From: the human T2T-CHM13v2.0 reference genome, Homo sapiens
Length of the DNA stretch: 64,000 nt
Direction: 5' to 3' (one strand)
Assembly: GCF_009914755.1 (NCBI RefSeq)
Contig: NC_060930.1
In this document: positions 33,390-46,925 of the stretch, in pieces
Layout: every line of letters begins with the position of its first letter
Numbering within the stretch: the first letter of the stretch is position 1
The notes under the pieces: model-generated
Databases searched by the model: none
What the model was told of the DNA's origin: nothing
What the model saw: only the letters and a program-made list of their open reading frames with translations
Made by a program: the position numbers and the translations under genes

Positions 33390-35968
33390 CACAAATTAAA
33401 CATCAAATGAATGAATGAACTTGGAATCATTTGTCTTTTCAATTATTGATGAGAAAATATTGCAACATTTTTATTAGAGCCACTTTTTGTTTCCATTTAT
33501 TTAGTAAGCACTTTTATGCATTTATTTAGTATTTGCTCACTTTAATCAAGCATTGATAATTGAAAATATAAAACTGAAAATTACTCCTCTACTTACGTTC
33601 ATCCAACCCCATTTGATGTACTTAAAAGCATCAAATGACAAATTGTTAAGCTTTTTATTTATTTAAGACCAAAAAAACTTGACAATAACCATCTCCAAAG
33701 TACTCAATCTGTCAGAGGCAGAGTTCAAGCTACTATTGCCCATGCTAGTTGACTTTTTTTCTACAAAGAAGAAAAGTAGAAAAGCAATTTATCCTACAAT
33801 TATTAAAAGTTAAATATATAGATATTGCTAAAGCAAGTTTTCACTGGGTGTATAAAAATTTTGGGTAAAGATGGATTGAGCCTGGAAGACTGTGGGAACC
33901 AGGAAACACAGGCCTAACCAGCTCTTCTGGTACAAAAGAATTGAATTTAAAATGAGTCAGGTTTAACACTGTAAAATGATTCCTCAAAGTCCCTATTATA
34001 ACTTTACATATATAAAACCACATTTTATCTGCATTTAAAAACTTTATCTGTACGATGGTCAATGTAGTCACAGTATAATAATTGTATTTGAATAGCAACA
34101 TTCCTGTGCCAAAAATCAAAGCTCAGTTTTGGAAGTTCTGGAGGGATATACACAAAATATAACAGTGGTTATCTGAGGAGGGTCAGGAAAGGGAATTAAG
34201 AAGACACAAATCTAACTCTGTCCTATACTTTTTAAATGTTTACCTTTATACAATAATCACATACTGCATTTTAAGCATAAAAATATTTAACTTTTTTATG
34301 TTCAGTTTCTGGAGTATGTGATAAATAATTCCTAGCAGATTTCCACTCTGCATTGTAAAGATATCTTCTCATGTTTATATTGATTCCTTCTAATTCAGTG
34401 TGCATGAAGATCTAAGCATTTGAGTGAATATAACGACTCCAGAGATCAGATGTGTATTTCTAACACACTAGGAGATGTGTGTTCTAATGATCTTAGAAAC
34501 ATTACTGCCAGCCAGAGTTTTCAAACACGCTCACAGTTTCCTCAAACTAGAACAAAAGAAATTAAAAAGTTAAAGTCATTATTATCATTCTAAGATGGAA
34601 AGAAGTTTTGCAAACATGGCCATATATGTAATATAAATTTATTACAGATTACTATTTAACTATGTTTCACCTGATCAAAGTCTACCATTGCATAATATAG
34701 AACAAACATATTGCAAATCCACAGCATTCTATAAAGCAAGAGAGCATCTAGGATAATGGTTTAAATTGAAGATACTTCTTTGTTTAACACACTTATATGT
34801 TTAACTGGATTTAGAAAAGAGCTTAGAAGTACAAAGCATCCATAATAATAAACTAGGCTTTATTATTTAGATCACTACAGAGAGGAATAAGGTGTACATT
34901 TTTAGAAGAGTAACAAAAGTAGACTTTATAAATATATAATTATTTTAAGATAGTAATATCAAACCATATCTCATCAAATAAGACTGAGGGATGAGGTGTT
35001 GCACATTAGCTATTTTTCAAATAGCTGAAGTTAGCCATTTCAGATGACTTTTTTTAAATGACAATCTATTGAAAATGGATTAGATATTTTCTTACCTAAT
35101 GAGCAGAATACGGAGCAGAAATTTGCTTTGTCCTGAGGCTACAGATGTTGGTTGTTGTACTGGACAAGGCTCTCCTCGATGGCTAAGGTTTCTAAGTGCT
35201 GTTTGACCCTCTTGCTACCTCCTGCCCATTGTTCCCAGTATGTCTGCAGCCCTCTTTTCATTTTTCCTTCTAGAATACCCCACCCTAGTAACATAGTAAT
35301 AATTGAAAATGTCCAGCGAAAGCCTGATAAGCAAGCTTGTTTAATCTGTGATTTTAATTTTACACACAAACCTGAGTCAACAGATTCTGATAGGAAGCTC
35401 CGATAACAACTACACTCCTCTCTAGTGGTGAGAATAGTACGTTTACTCCTTAGTTCAATACGCTGCTTTTTGTTAAGTCCAGGCTGTACCTTGATCCAGG
35501 TGGATAAGATGATAGAAAAATTGGCTGGCAAATCATCATAATAACAAAGTTCAAGTTACTTGCGTGCCTGTGAAAGCTGTAGTCTCCAAGAGGGGCTCCC
35601 AATTAATAGCACCCCTCTTACCTACCCAGTGATGAGCAATTTGAGTAAGAAAGTAAGAATAGAAGTCATTACTAATTAAGTTCAGCTGGAAGTGTAGAAC
35701 CCAAATGGGCCTACTGGCTAAACCACAGAATTAACATTTGCCCACTCAATCCTAGGAGGCCCAAACCTAAGCGAGTCCTCACAACGGAGGCTGGCTCCCA
35801 AAAGAAAGACAAAGAGCTGAGCTATGCATGTTTCAGGTGTCTTTCTAAATTTACCAATACCTCTTTTTTTTTTCCAGTGGACAGGGAAAAGTTATTTACT
35901 AAATCAGTAAATGAATGTTTGTGTGAATGAATAAATTTGATTCTTCCTGGATGATGAGTGGGAAATTT

Positions 35969-36078
35969 AAAAAATGTGGAACACGTCACAAATTTGCGTG
36001 TCATCCTTGTGCTGGGCCATGCTAATCTTCTCTGTATCATTTCAATTTTAGCATATGCACTGCTGCCGAAGTGAGCAC
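35969..36078 (-). pseudogene. U6 snRNA retropseudogene (full length; 5' part of a chimeric insertion)
   Basis: The minus strand reads GTGCTCACTTCGGCAGCAGTGCATATGCTAAAATTGAAATGATACAGAGAAGATTAGCATGGCCCAGCACAAGGATGACACGCAAATTTGTGACGTGTTCCACATTTTT, a diverged U6 with the ACAGAGA box. Flanked by TSDs. Confidence 0.95.
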
Positions 36079-36289
36079 TAAATTTACCAGTGCCTCCTAG
36101 CTGCTGTTTGCATTCAATCTACTCAGCTTTCAATTCCATATAACCAGCCTTCCCTTACTTCTTCATCTCTTCCTCCTTTAATTACCTCAGGTGCCAGCTA
36201 ATCATACTCATTTCAAGGCACGGCATCATCAAGGTCCATACCCAGCCCCTTTTTGTTTATTTACATATGTATTATTTATCTACCATCCC

Positions 36290-37135
36290 TGCTCTCTTTC
36301 CAGCTACAGGCAACAGTTGTAATGTGGTTTATATGCTTTCTTGAATTTGTGTGCAACCTTGTAAAAAAAAGTATTGTTGTTTGTGTATGTTAAACCCTTC
36401 TATAAAATTACATATAATGGTTCCAATCTGCATCTTACTTTTCTTACTCTATACCATGTTTTAAAGACCTGTTTGTGCTGTTACATGTACATCTAGTTCA
36501 TTGCTTCTAAATGTGATATTGTGCTCCATGGTGTGCATCCACCACGTTGTACTTGCTCATTCCAAGTGATGGACATCCTAACTCCTCTACTTCCTCATTC
36601 ATGTCCTGTTATGATCCCTGCAGGGTAGTAGAGCTTTGGGTACCTAATTTGGTTGAAGACTGCAAAATCACTGTCCATAAGCTATACTAGCCTACATTCC
36701 CTCCAGCAGTGCAGAAGGTTGCCTGTGACCCAACACCACCACCAAATGTTGTATTATCCAACTATTTTTGCCACTCTCGTCACTGTAAATTGGTATCTCA
36801 TTGCACTGAAAATTCGCATTTCTCTTGTTACTAAGAAATTTTGACAGCTCTTTATACACTCGTTAAGCATTTGGATTTCTGTGAATGATTGTCATATTTA
36901 TTTTTCTCATTTTAAGTAACATTCTCTGTATTTTTCTGAGGAATTTGTGGATACAAACATGTTGCAAACATTGGTGTGTGTTTAGGAGTTACAAATATCT
37001 TCTCCCAATCTTTCCATCCTTCTATAAATTTTGTCCATTGCATCCTTTACAAAATAGAAACCTTTAATTTTTTTGCAAGAAAATTCTGAAATGATATTGC
37101 CTTATGGTTGCATTTTTCTTCTCTCTGATACCAAA
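36290..37135 (-). mobile_element. Very old L1ME-like fragment
   Basis: Degenerate antisense ORF2 C-terminal motifs (TGGTATCTCATTG, GCATTTCTC). Confidence 0.6.
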
Positions 37136-39183
37136 ATGAGCCTATATTCCTTCCTATGACAGTTTAGGATAGGCTATTCAAGTTTATTTTTGCCCCTCAC
37201 AATCAAGTTACATGATGAGTTTATCTATGAACTCATTAATAAAAGATTCATATAACCTACATATCTACATACAAATAATACCTTTTTGCTTTAGATGAAA
37301 AAAAAGGTTGGTTTGTTTTAGTATCAAGGTTGTGTGGGCAAACAGACTTGGTAACTGTACAGAATAGGAGTTGAATAAGAATCTCCTCCCCTAACTTCTT
37401 CAGTGGATATGAACCAAATTACTCTAAGCAGTAGATTAATAAATGGGAGAAGACAAAATGGGCTGTCCAGACCTGTCTAGAAACCCACAAATCAAGCCGA
37501 GCCTAAATCAGGCCTGAGCCCAAATCTCAAGGGCAAAGACTCAAACTAATTTATCATCTTTAGATTGACATGGAAATTGCAAGGCCTTTCATTGTAGTCT
37601 TGCCTTGTGGTCCTCCAGCACAGTGTGTATCATCAACAACCTTTAAAAAAATTTTTAACTTTTAAATTTGAGATAATTTTAGATTCACATGCAGTTGTGA
37701 GAAATTATGTAGAGAGATCTAGTGTACACTCTTTACCCAATTTTTCCTACTGATACCATCAACAAACAATTGTGCAATATCACTACCAGGATATTGATGT
37801 TGATACAGTTAAGACACAACCATTTCCATCACCACTAGCATCCCTTTTGTTGCCCTCTTACAGCCACATCACTTCACCACTGCTGCCCCCTACCCCTTAC
37901 CACCTGGCAACCACAAATGTACTCTCCATTTCTACAACTCTGTCATTTCAAAAGTGTTATATAAACAGAATCATATAGCACATGATGTTTCGTTATTGGC
38001 TTTTTTCACTCAGCACAATATGGAATGAATTGGCAATTTACTCAAGCTGATGTATGTATCAATAGCTTCTTGCTTTTTTTGCTGAGCAGTATTCCATGAT
38101 ATGCATGTGGCACTGTTTAACCACTCATTCATTCATTGAAAGACATCTGAATTGTTTCCAGAATTTGGATATTATGAATAAAGCTGCTATAAACATTTGC
38201 GTACAGGTTTTTATGTGAATATAAGTATTCCTTTCTCTGTGATAAACACTCATGAGTGTGATTGCCGGTTTGTATAGAGTTGCATGTTTAGTATTTTAAG
38301 AAACTGCCAAATTATTTTCCAGAGTGGCTGTACCATTTTATAATCCCACCAGGAATGAATGAGCATCAGTTTCTCTGTCTTCACCAGTATTAGGTGTTGT
38401 CACCATTTTATTTTAGTCATTATGATAAGTATTACTGATAACATATAGTCTTAACTTGCACTTCCCTAAGCTATAATGATGTTCGGCATCTTTACATGTT
38501 CTTGTTTACCATCCATATATCCTCTTATGTCATATGTTTCTTCGTGTCTTCTTCCCATTTTCTAATGGGATTGCTCGGTTTTTTTACTGTTGAATATTGA
38601 GAGTTCATTATATGCTCAGGTACGAGTCCTTTGTCAGATATGTGGTTGGAAAATATGTTTTCCATGCTGTAACATGTTTTTTTATCCTCTTAGGCTTTTT
38701 TTTTTTTTTTTTGCAGAGCAAATTTTTAAAATTTTTACATAGTTCCATTTATCAACTTTTCCTTTTATGGATTGTGCATTTTAAGTAACAAGTCTAGGAA
38801 TTTCTACCTAGCCCTAGACACTGAAGATTTTCTCCCATGTTTTTTTCTAAAATTTCATAGTTTTAACACTGAAGATATAATCCATTTTGAGTTAATTTTT
38901 GGATAAATTGTGTTTGTTAAGGTTCTTGTTTGTTTTTGTTTTTGTTTTGCTCACAATACGTACACCAACATAGACCATATCCTGGGCCATAAAACAAACT
39001 TCAATCACTTTAAATAATTGAAGTCATACAGAATGTGTTTTCTGACCACCATGAAATCAAACTAAAAATCAATAGCAGAAATATCTCAAGAACTTAGAAA
39101 AAGAGGAGCAAACTAAAACTAAAGCAAATAGAAAGAAGAAAAGAATAAAGATAAGAACAGAAGTCAATGAAATTAAAAACAGA

Positions 39184-39715
<532 letters not shown>

Positions 39716-41514
39716 TTAGATGTAGTGAACCACTTCCTTGGAAAACAAGAATTACTACAATTTACCCAATGTGAAAAAGATAAGTTAAATAGCCCTTTAG
39801 CTATTAAGAAAATTGAATTTATAATTTTAAAGCTTTCAAAAAGAAGTCAGTAGGCCCAGAAGATTTCACTGGAGAATGCTACCAAATATTTAAAGAAGAA
39901 GTAACATCAATTATACACAACCTTTGGAGAAAAGGAGGGAACGCTTTCCAATTCATTTTATAAAGCTAATTTTTCTCTCATACCAAAACAGACAATATAA
40001 AACAAAACAGAAGAAACAACTTTCAGGCCAATATTTCTCATGACTATATACACAAAAATCCTTAACAAAATATTAGCAAATAGAATTCAGCAATATATAA
40101 AAAATGTACACCATAACTATGTTTATTCCAGGGATGCAAGGCTGGTTCAATATTTGAAAATTAATCAGTATAGTTCACCATATCAACAGACTTAAGAAAA
40201 ACAAAATTTACATGGTCATATTATTTGATGCAGGACACACATTTGACAAAATTCAGCAGCCACTAATGAAAAAAACTTTCAGAAAAATAGATATAAAAGG
40301 GAACATAAAAGGGAACATTCTCAACTTGATAAAAAAAATCCACAAAAAAATCTATAGCTAACATTATACCTAATGGTGAAAGCATGATGCTTTTTTCCTA
40401 AGATTGGGTACGAGATAAGGATGTGTTCTCCTCTTACTGTTCTTATTCAACAGAGTGCTGGAAGTTCCAGTCAGTTCAGTAATGCAAAAACAAAAACAAA
40501 GCAGGCAAGGAAAAAAATAACCAAAACAAGCAAAAGAAAAGAAAAGAAAAGCATATGTAAAGGAAGAAATAAAAAAATAAGACTGTCTCTATTTGTAGAT
40601 GACATAGTTGATTATGTAGAAAATTCCAATGAACCGACCAAAAATTTCCTAGGCAGCATAAGTGAGCACTTGAAAACAAATATGTGTTCTGCTGTTAGTT
40701 GGTGAAGTGTTCTATAAATGTTAAATAGATGCTGTTCATTGATGTTGTTGAGTTCTTGTATGTAATTTCTGACTTTTTGTACAGTTGTTCTATCAATTGC
40801 TGAAAGAGGGGTGTTGAAATCTCTAATTATAATTATGTATTTGTCTATTTCTTCTTTCAGTTCTATCAGTTTTTGCCTCACATATCTTATGGCTCTGTTG
40901 TTGATATCCACATATTTTGTATTGCTACATCTTCCTGTTGGACTGAACTTTTTATCATTTATATACGTATAATGTCTTTATCCCTGATAATTTTCTTTGC
41001 TCTAAAGTCACTTTATTAGATAATATGGCCACTCTTGCTTCTCATTGATTAATGTTTGCATGATATACTTTTTCCATCCTTTTGTCTTCAACCTGCCCAT
41101 ATCATCATATTTGAGGGGAGTTTCTCGTAAACAGCATGTACTTGGGTCATGGGGTGACTTAAGTTTGCCATTATATTTTTTCTTTTCTATTTGTTCTTTC
41201 TGTTTTACATTTCTCTATTTTCTTTTCCCTGACTTTCCATGCATTACTTAAACATTTTCTAGAATTTCATTTGGATTTATCTATAATGTTTTTGAGTGTA
41301 TCTCTCTATACCTTTTATTCAAGATATGGAGAGAGAGAGATCTTAATCATAATCTACTGATGCCGTTATTTTTCCTGTTCAAGTGAAGTATACAAATGTT
41401 ACCTCCTTTTACATCCTTTTACTTATTTCTTTTGTAATAAGATAGTCTTATACAGTATATTTCTTCCACATACATTTTTAAACACATCAGGATCTGTCTG
41501 AAATAATAATAATA

Positions 41515-42149
41515 TGATAATACTATATTTTTGCTGTACCTTTTTAATGTTCAGATATGTTTAGATACACAAATACTTACCATTGTGTTACAATTGCTTA
41601 CAGTATTCAGTGCAGTAACATTTTGTACAGGTTTGTAGCCCAGGAGCGTGTACCATGTAGCCTAGGTGTGTAGTAGGCTATACCATCTAGGTTTGTGTAA
41701 GTACACTCTATAATTTTATTAGTTCATTTTCACACTGCTGTAAAGAACTACCTAAGACTGGATAATTTATGAAGGAAAGAGGTTTAATTGACTTACAGTT
41801 CCACATGACTGGGGAGACTTCAGGAAACTTTCTATCGTGGCAGAAGGCAAAGGGGAAGCAGGCACTTTCTTCACAGGGTGTCAGGAGTAAGAGAGAGCAT
41901 GGGTGGGGAACTGCCAAACACTGTTAAACCATCAGATCTGAGAACGAACTCACTATCATGAAAACAGCATAGAGGAAAACACCCCTATGTGTCAATCACC
42001 TCCCACCAGGTCCCTCCCTTGACGTGTGGGGATTACAATTTAAGATGAGATTTGGGTGGGGACACAGAGCCAAACCATATCAAAAATGCTCAAACAATGA
42101 CGAAGTCACCTAACAATGCATTTCCCCATCATTAAGTGACACATGGCTG
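41515..42149 (+). mobile_element. Tigger3a/MER7-like fragment split by a THE1 LTR
   Basis: Similar to the right end of the Tigger3 at 16610-16872; ends CATCATTAAGTGACACATGGCTG. Confidence 0.78.
41715..42082 (-). mobile_element. THE1D/MSTA-like MaLR solo LTR
   Basis: TTTATTAGTTC...GAGCCAAACCATATCA; 5-bp TSD ATAAT/AAAAT. Confidence 0.88.
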
Positions 42150-44011
42150 AATTATGTTATGAGACCCAGGAATTTATTTATACTTTCTCTTTTAGCTGGC
42201 TTTCTCTCTGATGCATCTCCAGCAGAAGAGTGATGTACGGCCTCATGGAGCTCTCAGGTGGAGGTAGAAGTCCAGGTTCCCCACTTGGCCTCCTTGACAT
42301 TTGAGGTGGGGGGACATTTGTGGAGTCAGTGGAGACAATGTGGAGGGGATGTTGGGATGCTTTGTTACAGCCTCAAGAGGGTGAAAGTCTAGGTGCCCCA
42401 CTTTGCTGGTGTGAGTGACAGTAGGGCCACATTTGACTGTGGTGTTTGAATGGATTAGAGCAGTTACTATCTAAAAGTTTTCCCTCATGCTCTGCTGACC
42501 CTTTTCTGATCCTTTGACTAGAGAGGACTGGCTTTTGTTGGTTTTTATTTTATCATTTTTGTTTTGTCTGTGCCTGCTGGTGTTTGCCGGTTGCAGGCTT
42601 ATTCAGTTCTAAGTCTGGTGTATGTAAAGCAAAAAGGAAACCCAGGTGACTCACCACTGTGTCACTTCTCAGGTCCCAATATCTCTAGGCAGTCTGCCTT
42701 CTCTCTTCCTTCTAAAGTCTTATGTTTGTACTATATATAATATTCTGCATTTTTAGTTATACTTAGAGGAAGGAATAAGGAAAAGTGTGGCTACTCCATC
42801 TTCCCAGAAGCTGAAGTCTAATAGCTTCTTTTTATATAACACATTTTTAGAACACAGCACATTGTACATTTCTAGAGCAGATTTCCCACAGAGCGAATTA
42901 AGAGGGTTATGGGATTTCTGTGATATGTGAACATACAGAAGAACAAGGGAGAAATAGGCTTTGCCATCATGAAAGACAGGAAGGCAGAAAGGAAACAGTT
43001 GTCTCTAAAATAATAATCTAGTCACTCTTGTGCACTAGCAGAAGAGAGCCAGTGACCTAGTATAGTGTGCAGAAGTACCTGGCTGAGACTCCAACAAAAG
43101 CTTCAATTCCTCAGCCTGTCATTCCCAGTGTTGTGCTTTTATTCTGTGAGCATTGAAGCTTTCTTTTAATACCTCAGTCAGACATGCATGAGAAGCATAA
43201 CAGGGGCCTTGCTATCCCACATGATCAGATTTTTTTACCCCCAAACCAAACTGTTTAGTTTGCTTGGCTCTGGAAACCCCCAACCCTAATTCTACTTGTG
43301 GCCTAGTCGTGACAATTTTCTTGGTCTCAACAATTCCCAACATTGTGCCATTTTGTCTTTGGCAGTTCCCTGTTACGTTCTAATTGGAGATCAGGCAGAT
43401 TAGCCTCCTTCCAAGGAAAAGCAAGACGCTCTTAGTCTCCCAGGGAAGGTCTTGTGACTCCAGAAAACCTAAGCTTATGCTCTGAATCCCAGTTACACTC
43501 AATAACTAGAGAAGAAAATTTAAGAATATAGGTACAAAGATGTCATGGGTCCCAGGCCCCAAATCTGATGAATAGTACTTAATTCCAAGTCCCATTGTTA
43601 ATAAGGAAGAATATCAAATGTGTCCCAGCACTCAGGGGAAGTCTTTGGAATAAAGCCAACTGGGTTCACCTTCAAGGAGGGACAGAAAACCTTGGCTGAG
43701 GAAATGAGACAGGATTGATATTCTTAGTTTTCAATAGCTCCTCTTAAAAAATAAATCTTCAGTAAGATGTGATCAGTTACCATCTGAAAAAGATCTCTGA
43801 GCTGCAACAAGAGAGCAAAGCTTTGTAAAAATGGATCATAGAATAAGCATGGAGGACCCTTTAAAACTGCAAAGAGGAAGAGTGTGGAAAGGAGGTGGAG
43901 GAGAAACTGTTTAGCTCATATTTTAACCACAGTCTGCCAAATTTGTCTCCTTAAAGATCTCATTTGGTAAGTTTGAGAAGGCAGTAAAGAGCAGGGTGCC
44001 AAGACAGGGAG

Positions 44012-44175
44012 GAAGTGGTGGCACACACTTGTGGTCCTAGCTACTCAGGAGGCTGAGGTGGGAGGATTACTTGAGCCCAGATTGAGGCTGCAGTGAGCCA
44101 TGATTGCACCACTGCACTCCAGCCTAGGTGAGAGAGAGCAAGAGCCTGTCTCAAAAAATAAAGAAAGAAATAAAG
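44012..44175 (+). mobile_element. Alu right monomer (FRAM/AluJ fragment)
   Basis: Right-arm sequence with A-rich tail. Confidence 0.8.
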
Positions 44176-46011
44176 ACAGGGGCAAGGAGAGGGGAAAAGG
44201 AAAGTGCCTGGGATCAGACTGCTTGGCTTCCAACAGGAGTTCTGCTAACCAAGTGTCAGGGCTTCTGGATTCTTTATAACCTGCCTCTCAATCTCCTAAT
44301 TCTATGTTCTCTATCCAAATAGAAGTTCTATTAACTAAGGGAATAGTTGTCTGAATAAAGACTTTGGAATTAAACCTCATAAAGGATTCCCTATTTACTT
44401 AGAAATCTCTGCTAAGAAAGATTATTCAACTTCTTGATCTCAAGATTTTTATCTCTCTTGTTTTTCTCTGAATATTGATCATTTTCGTTTGGTCTGGAGT
44501 CATGAAAATGTTTAAATCACATGACACAACATTAAGATTTTCAGAGAAAATGGAAAAAAAAGATCTCTTTAAAAGGCAAAGCCTCTATGCTCTCAAACTT
44601 GCTGAAAATTCAATCCTTCATGTATTTAACTAAATAAGGAACTTTTCTCAGGATACAAATTGTAAATGTAGGAGATAAAAGACTATAGAAAAGTGTATGA
44701 TAGGTTTTTTTAATTAGTAAAATTTACTTTTAGAGCAATTTTAGATTCACAGCAAAACTGAGTGGAAAGTACAGAATTTCTGTACACTCCCTTTCCCCAC
44801 ACACTAACAACCCCCGCATTAGCAACATCCGCCACCAGAGTGACTTTTGAATGGATACTCTCATTGTCCCATGTTTCATACCTTTCCTCTCTGTGGGCAC
44901 TGCAAAGTGTTCATGGGTGTCCTATTCTTGCCCCATCCATGTCAGATACCTGTATTTGAGAACTCTCAGATCTCAGGTCTGAACATCTGAGAGTCACAGT
45001 GGGAGGCCAGGGGATGGGAACCACATTTTTATTGTTTCTATTACTTTTTAAGCTTCCAGTAATACTTTCCAGACATCCCAAGAGATTGCCTCCACTTCCT
45101 TGGAGTCTCACAGCATCCTGACGGCCACGCAGGAGGTGTTCCGGGTCATCCATGCCTCCTTCTTGTAGAGATGAGTGAACTGAGGCTGAAAGATGGGGAG
45201 GGGTTTGCACCAGGTCATGGAGTTGTGGAACCAGGGCTAGAACCCAGTTTTCTTTGACTGCCTGTCCAGCACCTTCTCACTGTGTCATATATCACATAAG
45301 CATAGCAGTTGAGGGCAGGAACAGGGCTGTGCTAAGGGCTCTTCAGTTCTCCTACTCCCTCCTCTCAGCCTCCCCTGCTCTGACCATATTGGTTTTAATT
45401 TCTCAGAGGTTTTAATCTCTCAGTTCAGCCTAAAGGCTGAAGGTCAGTATCAGGTTCAGTATTGGAAGACCCTCCAGCCCTCTACCCAACCAATGGTAAC
45501 CTCTGCCTCCTGCTGTCCGATCTCTGTTAACTACTTGCTCCCCAGGGTCCCTCTCCAGCTCTTTCTACTTTGGTTCCTGGCTCAGATGGAGGGGCCCAGA
45601 ACAAAAAGGGTGAGGCACTGCAGCCTATTAGCTGAGCCTCCTGAGACTCAGCTTCTGGGTCTGATCCCAACACTCAGGTCAATAGTTTGTGGCTATTATG
45701 AGTGAAGTGGAGAGTTCTCCATCTTTATCTTGTGGGCTCTGAATGATGGTTGTACTGTTATAGATGTGCATGACTCCAGAATTTTCCCAGAGTACAAGGA
45801 CCCTAGCTCTGCCTGACACATGGATGTTGAGCCTCCACATTCCCCTCCTCTCCACATTACCCAGGTGAATGCCTCAAGGCACAGTGGAATCCCAGCCTCT
45901 GAGCAAGAAATAGAAACTCTGAAGACAGTAAAGCCTGGAACTCTTCTCCGGCTTGCTTTATCAAGCACTGCACATTTGTCTGTCCCTTCAGTTTCAATTT
46001 CTTTTTTTTTT

Positions 46012-46427
46012 CCACTTATTATAAAGGACATTGCAGAGGATGCAGATGAAGAGACACATAGGGTGAGTTACGAAGGAAGGGGTGCAGAATTTCCATGCCC
46101 TCCCTGGGCATGCCGCCCTTCAGGAACCTCCACATGTTCAGCTATCCAGAAGCTCACTGAACTTTCTCTTCTTGGGTTTTTATGGAAGCTTCATGACGTC
46201 AGCATTCTTTCCTCCAGGGTATAGGGTGGACCCTCTCATGGGAGGGTCTTAAGACCCACAATCAGAAAAGTAGGGGGACATTAGAGGAAAAGGAGGGCAG
46301 GAAAAGGTCAGAGGCCTGCCCCTGAGGCCTGACAAACCCAACATTATAACAAAAGATTGCAACAAGGACGATGGGAGTTGTGAGTCAGGAACTGTGGATA
46401 AAAACCAATACATATCACAACACCACA
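46012..46427 (-). mobile_element. MER21A-like 3' LTR, truncated after the poly(A) signal
   Basis: Minus strand starts TGTGGTGTTGTGATATG, preceded by a purine tract (GTGGGGAGGC). Includes GGATAGCTGAACATGTGGAGGTTCCTG, typical of MER21. Confidence 0.8.
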
Positions 46428-46444
46428 GCCTCCCCACACTGATT

Positions 46445-46925
46445 TTGTGTTTTTTGTTTTTTTGTTTTAATTTCAATAGTTTTTGGGGAACAGGTGGTGT
46501 TTAGTTGCATAGATAAGTTATTTGGTGGTGATTTCTGAGATTTTGGTGTATCCATCACCAGAGCAGTGTACACTGTACCCAATGTGTAGTCTTTTATTCC
46601 TCATCCCCCTCCCACCCTTCCCCCGAGTCTCCAAAGTCCAATTTATCATTCTTATGCCTTTATGTCCTCATAGCTTAGTTCCCACTTATAAGGGAGAACA
46701 TACAATGTTTGGTTTTCCATTCCTGAGTTACTTCACTTAGAATAATGGTCTCCAACTCCATCCAGGTTGCTGTGAATGCCATTATTTAGTTCCTTTTCAT
46801 GGTTGAGTAGTATTCCATGGTGTATATATACCACATTTTCTTTATCCACTCGTTGGTCAACGGTCATTTGGGCTGGTTCCATATTTTTGCGACTGCAAAT
46901 TGTGCTGCCATAAACATGTGTGTGA
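46445..46925 (-). mobile_element. L1PB-like 3' end
   Basis: Antisense L1 3' UTR, same family as 955-1224, with T-rich tail. Confidence 0.85.

Noticed and set aside
35139-35531. 130-aa minus-strand ORF in unique sequence
   Set aside because: Non-ATG start, no domain similarity that I can recognise and no exon evidence.
35969-36160. Functional U6 gene
   Set aside because: Multiple substitutions and an insertion, flanking TSDs, and no recognisable TATA/PSE upstream.
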